Source of the DNA: Bacteriovoracaceae bacterium
GTDB taxonomy: Bacteria > Bdellovibrionota > Bacteriovoracia > Bacteriovoracales > Bacteriovoracaceae
Reading direction: 5' to 3'
Assembly: GCA_041586955.1 (NCBI GenBank)
Contig: JBFGZE010000052.1
Location: 1 to 23,195, forward strand
Length of the DNA stretch: 23,195 bases
Shown: positions 10,001 to 17,006 of the stretch, piece after piece
Layout of the letters: every line of letters starts with the position of its first letter
Position numbering within the stretch: the stretch's first letter is position 1
Translations under genes and position numbers: made by a program
The notes under the pieces: model-generated
Database searches by the model: none
Seen by the model: the letters and a program-made list of their open reading frames with translations, nothing else
Told to the model about the DNA's origin: nothing

Positions 10001-12698
10001 GTACATTTGATTGACCAACGCCCGTATCGGCAAATGTTATTGAGCTGGTGTAGCTCAGGTTGGCAGCTGAGAGAGGGGTAAATGTGACATTGATACTATC
10101 ACTTAGAGAAGGATCGTTAGTGATATTATAAGCAATGACCTCAAAGTTATTGGCCCCCTGATTAAGTGGTGAATTGGCGGTGAGATTATTATAAGACCAT
10201 GTTCCCGGGCAGTTTTGAGTGACTCCCGCAGTGGAGTTATTAATTTGAATACTATTGGTACCACTGCCACACGTGCCAGAGAGAATCAGTAATGAGTCCG
10301 TGGTAGAGTAATCGACACCTACGCCATTGCCGCCATCGGTAGTGATAACAGGAGTTGCAGGGGGAGTATTGTTGGTGGTGGTAAAGGTATAGTTTCGATC
10401 GTCACTTGCCGCCCCGCTTGGAAGTGATGATATATTTCCCACTTCATCAATTGCTCGAATGACCAATGTATAATCGGTGTTGGCACTAAGACCTGATAAT
10501 GAAAATGAATCTGTAGCACCTGCAAGAGAGGGCGTTCCTTCAGTGGATACTTGAATAACGGTGGCATCATCCCATTCATCCTGACTAATCGTGGTATTGG
10601 CCTGATGATAACGAATATCATAGGCCGAGGCCCTCCCTGTACTTGCGTCGTCTCCTGGGGCCGGCCAGGAAATATTGATAAAGGAATTTCCGATAGAAAC
10701 CTCTGTTATATTTGTGGCCAAAATGGGATCGGGCGCAATGCTATCGGGAGAATTTGTCGTCGTTCCGCTGGCCGTGTTACCAGCGGCAATTGTTGGAGTG
10801 GTAGGATTACCGTCTTCATCAAAGGCCACTACCCCAAAGTAATAAGTTGTATTAGCGGCAAGTCCCAATATCATAATTTGATCGCTAGCTCCTGCAGTGC
10901 TGGGAATTAAGCTTGTGGTATAAAGATTTGCATTATTAAAATCCGTCAAATCATTAATGGGGCTTGTACTATATCTAATATCGTAGGTATTGGCCGCCCC
11001 TTCATTGGCATTGTCTCCAACGGCAGTCCATAGAAGTTCAATACTATATTCATTGGCCGCTGATACGGTGAGATCAGAAATGGTATCAGGATCAATGACA
11101 TCAATGCCGTTCGCTTCTGTTGTAAATGAAACAGTATTACTTATCGGACCCATATTCGGAACCTCATCTTTTGCCCTGATTGCAAAATAATATAAGGTAC
11201 TTGCGCTTAATCCCGTTACAGTAAAACTTTGATAGGTTCCCGGTGGTTCTGGAAGAATCATGTCGTTTACCGTGGTCGCAGCGTTAAATTCCATTAAGTT
11301 CGTTATGGGCGTGGTTGAATAGCGTAGATCGTAACTGTTGGCCAAAAGCTTATCACTATCATCACCAGTAGCTGTCCAACTAAGCTTAACTGTCGTGTCG
11401 GTAATGACCCCAACACTGAGGTCTGAAATGACTCCTGGAGCAGTAATATCACTGCCAGTATTGATAGTGACAGAGACTTCGTTTGAAAGTTCACTCCAAT
11501 TATTACTCTCATCTTTCGTTCTCATGCGAAAATAATAAGTGTTTCCATTTGTAAAACCTTGATGGGAAGCCTCTTGTATTGCACCAGGAAAGTCGGGTAA
11601 TGGTATACCTCCTGGTGACCCTGTGAAATCTGTTGCACTGGTAAAGTCCGTGAGATTGGTAATAGGACTAATCGAATATTTAATTTGATAAGAATCAGCT
11701 TTTCCATAGTTGCAATCATTTCCTGGGGAAGTCCAGGAGAGGAGGACTCTATCTCCACTGGCATGATCAGCAGAGAGATCAGCTATCGCACAAGGGGATG
11801 TGAAATCTGTTAGTTCTATTATTGTTGAAGCGTACACAACATTGCTAATAGGAGAGATATTGCCATCCTCATCTAAAGATTTTGCCGCCATATAATATGT
11901 ATTTCCAATTGTTAAATCGGTAAACCTACAACCATAATAGGTCCCTGGATAAATTGGGGTCAGGTCTCCACATTTGTCACTTCCAGTGGAAGCAGGAGTG
12001 GCGCTGGTAAAGTTTGCCTCTGTGATAGGTGAGCTTGAGTAGCGAAAGTCGTAGCTAGCGACTTGCGCCCCGGTATCATCACTTGGGGAAGTATGAAAAA
12101 CATAAATCTCTGTCGCCGACGTTTTATAAACAGTTAAATCATTAATCGCATTGGGACCGACAGTATCTGAATAAACAGCAACGACCTGAATATGGTCAAT
12201 TTGAACTTCAAGGTTTTTGTTATGTTTATCTTTAGTTTCAACTTCAACAAAGGCCGTGGCGAAGTCTGAATAGATCCAGGGAGAACTTGAGGGGTTTTGA
12301 ATGAATGTCACTTCAAAATCTACCCATTGTGATGAGGTGAACGTTAAGTCATTGGAACTCTTTGTACCTCCTGAATTGCCTATTTTTATTTGAATTTTAT
12401 CATCACCATCGTGATCGATGGCACGCGCACGAACCAAAACAATGACTCGGTCATAGGGCCCATTATCAATAGCGGGGGTACCAAGGTCTAAATTCACTTT
12501 AAAAATCTGATTATCTCCAACCCCAGACGCGTATTGATCATCAATTGCGGAGACCGCCTCCCAAGAAGTTGCAACATTGATTGCAGAAAAACCATTGGAA
12601 GCATGGTCTTGGTCACCCTGAAATAGCTGAGTGTCTGCATGAATATGGCATGCATAAACAAAGGCGATCAATGTTAATAAAAAGCTATAATTTTTCAA
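7041..12698 (-). CDS. Giant secreted/surface protein: signal peptide, N-terminal beta domain, 5 FN3, Ig-like, choice-of-anchor-D/ASH-like domain, 5x113-aa Ig-like repeats, putative Ig (He_PIG-like), DxDxDG Ca-binding repeats, GGGGC-CTERM tail
   Basis: 1885 aa; TTG start with AGAGGG SD at 12707-12712. Five FN3 units with YDxRYS..PI and YYF..RAxDExGN motifs; PTGMSINPSNGIISWTPT; DYDGDGISNADE/DNDGDGISNAEE/DTDNDGVDDQVE; GGTGGGGCS + hydrophobic stretch + basic tail. Confidence 0.92.
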   Translation of the reverse strand: MKNYSFLLTLIAFVYACHIHADTQLFQGDQDHASNGFSAINVATSWEAVSAIDDQYASGVGDNQIFKVNLDLGTPAIDNGPYDRVIVLVRARAIDHDGDDKIQIKIGNSGGTKSSNDLTFTSSQWVDFEVTFIQNPSSSPWIYSDFATAFVEVETKDKHNKNLEVQIDHIQVVAVYSDTVGPNAINDLTVYKTSATEIYVFHTSPSDDTGAQVASYDFRYSSSPITEANFTSATPASTGSDKCGDLTPIYPGTYYGCRFTDLTIGNTYYMAAKSLDEDGNISPISNVVYASTIIELTDFTSPCAIADLSADHASGDRVLLSWTSPGNDCNYGKADSYQIKYSISPITNLTDFTSATDFTGSPGGIPLPDFPGAIQEASHQGFTNGNTYYFRMRTKDESNNWSELSNEVSVTINTGSDITAPGVISDLSVGVITDTTVKLSWTATGDDSDKLLANSYDLRYSTTPITNLMEFNAATTVNDMILPEPPGTYQSFTVTGLSASTLYYFAIRAKDEVPNMGPISNTVSFTTEANGIDVIDPDTISDLTVSAANEYSIELLWTAVGDNANEGAANTYDIRYSTSPINDLTDFNNANLYTTSLIPSTAGASDQIMILGLAANTTYYFGVVAFDEDGNPTTPTIAAGNTASGTTTNSPDSIAPDPILATNITEVSIGNSFINISWPAPGDDASTGRASAYDIRYHQANTTISQDEWDDATVIQVSTEGTPSLAGATDSFSLSGLSANTDYTLVIRAIDEVGNISSLPSGAASDDRNYTFTTTNNTPPATPVITTDGGNGVGVDYSTTDSLLILSGTCGSGTNSIQINNSTAGVTQNCPGTWSYNNLTANSPLNQGANNFEVIAYNITNDPSLSDSINVTFTPLSAANLSYTSSITFADTGVGQSNVQTLTIINNGTNNATSFTRSLLTGTNYNISSTTCGTSLSFLVSCTVDISFNPITDGVHADTFRSNYHNGTITVDSDKAISGTGLDLADHIDFTVEPSNSTANDEIAPVITILDAFGNTVTTGPDATAQITLSLATGTGAIAGTVSMNAVAGVADFTGKGVHIDLIGAKTITATKADTTGSGGTASMNDTSASFTIVHNSASTIDFTTEPANTDAGDEIAPVITILDAFGNTVTTGADATAQITLTLATGTGTIAGTVSMNAVAGVADFTGKGVNIDLIGAKTITATKADTTGSGGTASMNDTSASFTINFGTATSVNFTTGPSNTVAGEEIASVVKILDTFGNTVTTGIDSTALITLTLTSGTGSLLGTIASNAVAGIADFTGLGVNIDLIGAKNITATKSDTTGSGGTASMAAISASFNITHAIANKLTYINQPVNSLAGAEINPLIEIQDSFGNVVTTGSDATALTTLTLQSGTGTLAGTMAINAIAGVVDFTGQGVYIDLVGAKTITATKADTSGSGGTNSFNKTSSSFSITHGPASAVVIVNQPNDTNANTEIPISAKIIDAYGNTITSGVDSTTTINLTLLSGPGALAGNVSKNLTAGIVDFTGENVHLTASGINYQLTATKIDTTGTGGTISMNTNSNSFISNNVAPQINFIEPNGVGDSFSDPSTFTVTWTDQDNENDSFNISIYAKTVNTGNCDTNATLIMSGISGLADGASDSLTISASDIAPGAYFICAKLESAVNSDVHLFSANQITLNNTAPIISTSPNTNLNVLLPWTYDVNINDPNINTSITYSLMASPTGMSINPSNGIISWTPTIIQVGISNITVRASDNHGGSVDQNFALTVANSNDYDGDGISNADEIAYGLNPYDSSDATIDNDGDGISNAEEIGRGLNPNNRDTDNDGVDDQVESVFGFNPSSNGDIVKVIPGGTGGGGCSAFASPFDERPLSFWEKILNFFFNSTPGLLILFISFKKCFKRIRAFS
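8055..9749 (-). repeat. Five tandem 339-bp (113-aa) intragenic Ig-like repeats
   Basis: Units at 9749-9411, 9410-9072, 9071-8733, 8732-8394 and 8393-8055, consensus F...P.N...EI......D.FGN.VTTG.D.TA..TL.L..GTG...G....NA.AG..DFTG.GV.IDL.GAK.ITATK.DT.GSGGT. 9081-9344 versus 9420-9683 differ at 14 of 264 nt by hand count; the first 90 nt are identical. Confidence 0.93.
10375..12167 (-). repeat. Five diverged FN3-type domain repeats within the giant surface protein (boundaries approximate)
   Basis: Units start DTVGPNAINDL, DFTSPCAIADL, DITAPGVISDL, DVIDPDTISDL and DSIAPDPIL. Most carry W/H-T-A/S-P/T-G-D, YD(I/L/F)RYS and YY(F/M)..(R/K)..DE..N. Similarity is at protein level only. Confidence 0.8.
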
Positions 12699-12720
12699 CG
12701 AGCTAACCCTCTTTTATATT

Positions 12721-12745
12721 GTATCGGTTTAAATTGAGACCTTTA
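12721..12745 (-). promoter_or_regulatory. Possible sigma28 (FliA)-type promoter for the giant surface protein
   Basis: Minus strand TAAAG-N12-ACCGATAC, ending 22 nt upstream of the TTG start. The spacer is 2 nt shorter than the enteric consensus TAAAG-N14-GCCGATAA. Confidence 0.35.
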
Positions 12746-12857
12746 TAAGTGCCCGAGATTAAAAGTTAATTTAAATATTATTAATTGTTATTTTTTTTAA
12801 AATCGACCGAAAAACTTGGCATTATTTTGAAGGCAATTGTGGGGTAATTAAGAAACC

Positions 12858-14405
12858 TTAATTGATGAAGTAAGTGAGACCTAAATATAGGGAGTTAAGT
12901 TGTTGCTTAACACTGCTTTCGCTTTGTAAAAAATTTAAATTTCCAGAGTAGGTTGAACTTAAGCTTTGTCGTGAATAACCAATGTTTAACAATATATTTT
13001 GTTTAAACGGTTGGTAACTAAAATTAATTTTTAATTCGCTAAGAGAGCTGCTCGCCTCTTCACTTATTTTGATGGGAGTTTCGGTAAGAGTGAGTTTGGG
13101 GGCGAATTTATAGGAAAGCTGCAATTGATATTTTTCATTAAAGATAATGTTCCAGTTTAAATTTAAACAGAGTCCACTTACTTTATGCGCGATAAGGCTA
13201 AAGGGCGTTTCTGGTGGTGAAAATTCTTGTGAGTAAAGGCCAAGGTCAAGGCGGGGAGTATGTAAAAAACGTTTGGTTTTATATAAATTAATGAGGCTTA
13301 AATAGGCGTACTGCTCATTAAATTCTGCCTCGAAGGTGGTGCTATCAACACGATTATAATTTAAGCTTCCTTTTTTGATACTTATCCCTGCACCCAAGTA
13401 TTTCCAAAAATTGGAATCAATTTGAAACTCGGTCATATTTAAAGAGGAATGATCATTTTTTTTAAAGTCATTTTGACTGGTATTTGTAATGGAACCAAAA
13501 GAATAATTGGCTGCAAGGGTCAAAAGATTGGAGAAACGCTTTCTAAGCATGGAAAAATTATGAATAGCGCATTGTTCATCAATCCCAAATTCATCGATAG
13601 GGCAAACTTTAAGGGAGTAGTCACCATCTTCAAGAAATTTAATAAAAGAGGTTGTTTTAAACTGGGCATTTAAGATGATACTTGCTTGGTCGTTTTCCTT
13701 TTTTGTTATTTCGACAAAATAGGAGTTTATTTTTTTGATGGGAGTCCAATTAAAATAACTCATAGGTGAAGAAAATCTGATGTTCTCTTTTGGAGATATT
13801 ATTGTGATCGGAGAGAGATCGGGTCGCTCTATAATCGTTATATATTCTCTTTCACTATCCTCACTGGTGACGCCATTGATCTTTGAGTGGACGGCAAAAC
13901 TATAATCACCAGGTCCTGGAAACTCAATGTCATGATTATTCGTTGTAATATCGCCTGTGAAAATAATATCTTCATTTTTCCAAACTTGGAGAAAGAAAGA
14001 CGTTTCTTGATGAAAGCTTTCCCAACGCAAATTTATTTTTTTGACTTTTCCCGCGCGAGCGTAAATCGGAGTGTCTTTTTGCGGGAGCGGTTTTGGCGCC
14101 TCTGGCCTAACATCGATGAGGGAGGGAGCGCTCCAGAGGCCTTGGCGACCGAGGTAATCATTGGCAGAAATTTGAAATTGATAGCGGCCGGGAGGAATTT
14201 GAATCTTGGCGATACTTTCTTGGGATTTTTTTTCTAAGATAAGGCGATCATTTATGGTTTTAATTCTAATATTATAGGACTTGGCCAATGGGACTTTTTC
14301 CCATGCGAGCTCAATAATGGAAACTGGTGTTTGTGCTGGCGTATTGAGAGAAATGAATGAACAAATGATTATGATAAAATGCCTGAAATGCTCTCGCAGG
14401 TACAT
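12858..14405 (-). CDS. Secreted protein with about 3 N-terminal FN3-like domains and a probable C-terminal outer-membrane beta-barrel
   Basis: 515 aa with signal peptide. FN3-like units (LAWEKVPLAKSY...PPGRYQFQISANDYLGRQGLWS; LRWE...PGDYSFAV; FNWTP...DGDYSLKV). The last ~225 aa are alternating amphipathic strands ending LYLGLTYFIN, resembling a beta-signal. Confidence 0.75.
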   Translation of the reverse strand: MYLREHFRHFIIIICSFISLNTPAQTPVSIIELAWEKVPLAKSYNIRIKTINDRLILEKKSQESIAKIQIPPGRYQFQISANDYLGRQGLWSAPSLIDVRPEAPKPLPQKDTPIYARAGKVKKINLRWESFHQETSFFLQVWKNEDIIFTGDITTNNHDIEFPGPGDYSFAVHSKINGVTSEDSEREYITIIERPDLSPITIISPKENIRFSSPMSYFNWTPIKKINSYFVEITKKENDQASIILNAQFKTTSFIKFLEDGDYSLKVCPIDEFGIDEQCAIHNFSMLRKRFSNLLTLAANYSFGSITNTSQNDFKKNDHSSLNMTEFQIDSNFWKYLGAGISIKKGSLNYNRVDSTTFEAEFNEQYAYLSLINLYKTKRFLHTPRLDLGLYSQEFSPPETPFSLIAHKVSGLCLNLNWNIIFNEKYQLQLSYKFAPKLTLTETPIKISEEASSSLSELKINFSYQPFKQNILLNIGYSRQSLSSTYSGNLNFLQSESSVKQQLNSLYLGLTYFIN

Positions 14406-14406
14406 C

Positions 14407-14841
14407 CTAGTGCATGGCCTTGTAAATATCCGGATTTGTTATTTTGGTGACTTTCATTATCGCCTCTTTAACATCTTTATCGTCAAAAGGCTTAACCAAA
14501 ATGTTCTTAACACCTAAAGTAATTGCCTCACGCACGCTATTTTCATCGATGGATGCGGTCATAATGACAATTGGTAAAAATTGATTCGTGTTTTTATTAT
14601 TGATATTTTTTCGGACATAGGAAGTCTTGAAGATTCTAATGAACTCAATTCCCGATCTCAGGGGGATATCAAGGTCTAGGAAGATTACATCAAAATCTTG
14701 GAGACCCGCTTTTTGTAAACCCAGTCTACCATTATCTGCTTCAGCATATAAGGTATCGTAGTAGCAAAGATGAACAGTCTTTTTAAATTGCTCTCTGAAT
14801 TCCTGATCATCTTCAACGGTTAATATTTTTAATTTGCCCAT
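14407..14841 (-). CDS. Single-domain CheY-like response regulator
   Basis: 144 aa; ILTVEDD, FLDLDIP (phospho-Asp), IMTA, VKPF. Its stop codon is 1 nt before the ATG of the FN3-barrel gene. Confidence 0.92.
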   Translation of the reverse strand: MGKLKILTVEDDQEFREQFKKTVHLCYYDTLYAEADNGRLGLQKAGLQDFDVIFLDLDIPLRSGIEFIRIFKTSYVRKNINNKNTNQFLPIVIMTASIDENSVREAITLGVKNILVKPFDDKDVKEAIMKVTKITNPDIYKAMH

Positions 14842-14882
14842 AATTTCTCTAATAGATCCACTGCCATAATTTTACATCAAAT

Positions 14883-14902
14883 AATAAATAAATAAATAAA
14901 TA
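14883..14902. repeat. (AATA)5 simple sequence repeat in the divergent promoter region
   Basis: Read directly: aata aata aata aata aata at 14883-14902. Confidence 0.75.
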
Positions 14903-14933
14903 ATTGCTTAATATTTCGCGGAATAAAAAAGAT

Positions 14934-14942
14934 TGATACAAT
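14934..14942 (+). promoter_or_regulatory. Possible extended -10 (TGnTACAAT) for the kinase-STAS-CheA-like operon
   Basis: TGA TACAAT about 31 nt upstream of the ATG at 14974; GAAGGG SD-like sequence just before the start. Confidence 0.3.
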
Positions 14943-14973
14943 AGTTAAGATAATTTTGTGAAATGAAGGGTAT

Positions 14974-16554
14974 ATGGATAAAGAAATTTTAGGTAAAAAA
15001 ATTCTGGTGGTGGATGATCTTGAAGGAATGAGGTCCCTTCTAATAGAAGAGCTCTTAAGTTTAGGGTTTGAAAGACCTTTAGAGGCAGAAGATGGCGCTG
15101 AGGCGTTGGAAATTTTAAAAAACAATTTCGGTACTCCCAATCAGGTGGAGATTATTATTTCCGATTATGAAATGCCCATAATGAACGGTTATGAATTTTT
15201 AACCGCAATTAAAGCTGACCCTCAATTTAAGGATATTCCTTTTTTAATTGTATCTGCCTTAACGGACAAGAAGGAAGTTTTACGCTGTATCAAAGCTGGT
15301 GTCAGTAATTTTGTCATTAAACCCATTACCTCAAAATCCCTCGAAGAGAAAATTACCAATTTGTTTAAGCCGTCTTCAGAGAATTTAAATGAACCAACCA
15401 ATGAAGGTGAATTAGAGAGTACTTTTGGTGAGGCCTTTGATTTTGCTGATAAGATTTTAAATTCTATGTTTGATGGGGTCATCGTTGTCAACCATCACGG
15501 AACCATCCAAAAAGTCAATAAGGCAACCGCTGATCTCCTCGGCACCACTCTCGATCTTGTCGCGGGGAAAATATTACCTGATATTTTCCTCAATATGGAT
15601 TTAATAAATGAAAAAATTGAGTCTGTGGAAAAAACTAAAATGCCTGAAACAAACATTTCTTCCCTGATGATTATACCTGGTGAAGACCCGAAAGATTGTT
15701 TAGTTTCGATTACACCCTCTGGTGATGATCTTATATTTTGCGTCAAAGATATTAGTGAATTAGAAAGTTTAAAGAAAAATTTAAATTTATCACAAAATTT
15801 AAACTCAGTGATCAATATGGCCAACCTTTCGGAGCTTTATTCCAGAATTGCTCACGAGGTAAGGAATCCTTTGGCATGCATCTCTATGATCAGTCAACGG
15901 GCCATAACCTGTCTCGAAAAAGATAAACCTCAAGATGCTTTGGACCAGCTTAATAACATTAAAAAGCATGTCAAGGTAACGACAGAAATTTTTGATAATA
16001 TGAAAAAACTGGCAAGAGGTCAGTGCTGGTTAGAAGGTGAATTGTGCTCAGTAAAATCTATTGTCGACGATACGCTATTGATCCTCTCTGTCCGCTTAAA
16101 AAATGATGATATTACTTTAAACCTTGAGATCACAGATGAGGTGAAAGCAATAAAAATTCCTTGCCGCTCAACTCAGATTATTCAAATATTAGTCAACCTC
16201 ATTAATAATGCGATGGATGAAGTCCTGGGAGTTGATCAGCATAAAATTACATTGAAAGTCACCCTAGAAGATTCAAATATTGTATTTGCCGTCAGTGATT
16301 CAGGATCAGGAGTACCCCAAGATTTACGTTCTGAAATTTTTAAGCCATTTTTTTCGACAAAAAACAAGGGCGCGGGAACAGGCCTTGGACTAAGTATTGC
16401 TTCAAAAATAGCAATAGACCACTCCGGAGAAATATTTTTTGATGAGCAAAGTGCAGAGTCAACTTTTAAACTCGTGCTTCCCCTTGAAAATGAAAGTCTA
16501 ATGAATGACGAAGCTAAAACGATTGATATTAGTCAGTTTATTGTTAATAAATAG
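14974..16554 (+). CDS. Cytoplasmic hybrid histidine kinase REC-PAS-HisKA-HATPase
   Basis: 526 aa. Receiver (ILVVDD, ISDYEMP, VSA, IKP); PAS (ILNSMFDGVIVVNHHGTIQKVNKA); H-box IAHEVRNPL; N-box LVNLINNAMD; DSGSGV; FKPFFSTK; GTGLGLSI. No TM segment. Confidence 0.95.
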   Translation: MDKEILGKKILVVDDLEGMRSLLIEELLSLGFERPLEAEDGAEALEILKNNFGTPNQVEIIISDYEMPIMNGYEFLTAIKADPQFKDIPFLIVSALTDKKEVLRCIKAGVSNFVIKPITSKSLEEKITNLFKPSSENLNEPTNEGELESTFGEAFDFADKILNSMFDGVIVVNHHGTIQKVNKATADLLGTTLDLVAGKILPDIFLNMDLINEKIESVEKTKMPETNISSLMIIPGEDPKDCLVSITPSGDDLIFCVKDISELESLKKNLNLSQNLNSVINMANLSELYSRIAHEVRNPLACISMISQRAITCLEKDKPQDALDQLNNIKKHVKVTTEIFDNMKKLARGQCWLEGELCSVKSIVDDTLLILSVRLKNDDITLNLEITDEVKAIKIPCRSTQIIQILVNLINNAMDEVLGVDQHKITLKVTLEDSNIVFAVSDSGSGVPQDLRSEIFKPFFSTKNKGAGTGLGLSIASKIAIDHSGEIFFDEQSAESTFKLVLPLENESLMNDEAKTIDISQFIVNK

Positions 16555-16562
16555 GAAATAAT

Positions 16563-17006
16563 ATGAGTAGTTTAAAGGTAACAATTAATGGCGAAAAAGT
16601 AGAGCTGGATGGATATTTAGATGAAAAATCTGATTTAACAGTATTAAAAGAGCTCAATGGAGATATTATTGTCGATTTCAAAAATTTAACCCGCATAAAT
16701 TCATGTGGGGTAAAGGAGTGGGTTGAGGTCATTAATACAGGAGATAAAAATTTATCCTATGATAATTGCTCCTTGGTTACTGTTAAGCAATTAAATGCCG
16801 TGCCCGATTTTATGGGTGGTTCTCGCGTAATTAAATTTTACGCTCCGTACTATTGTGAAGAATGTGATGAGGAACGAGAGTGCCTTTTAGAAGTGGCCAA
16901 TTTTGATCCTGGTAATGTGCCCGAATTAAAATGCTCTGAGTGTGAGCACGCCATGAGTTTTGACGGTGTCGCAAGTCATTACTTTAGCTTTTTAAAGAGA
17001 GACTAA
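16563..17006 (+). CDS. STAS-like (anti-anti-sigma-like) domain fused to a C-terminal CxxC...CxxC zinc ribbon
   Basis: 147 aa. VELDGYLDE and IIVDFKNLTRINSCGV (Ser47) align with the STAS LxGxLD and D(L/F)xxxxx(I/M)DSxG motifs. C98-EE-C101 and C124-SE-C127. AGGA SD overlaps the upstream stop codon. Confidence 0.8.
   Translation: MSSLKVTINGEKVELDGYLDEKSDLTVLKELNGDIIVDFKNLTRINSCGVKEWVEVINTGDKNLSYDNCSLVTVKQLNAVPDFMGGSRVIKFYAPYYCEECDEERECLLEVANFDPGNVPELKCSECEHAMSFDGVASHYFSFLKRD

Noticed and set aside
7041..12698. Higher GC of the giant gene as evidence of horizontal transfer
   Set aside because: Explained by its Gly/Ala/Thr/Pro-rich composition. The GGCC signature persists and no mobility genes or att-like repeats flank it.
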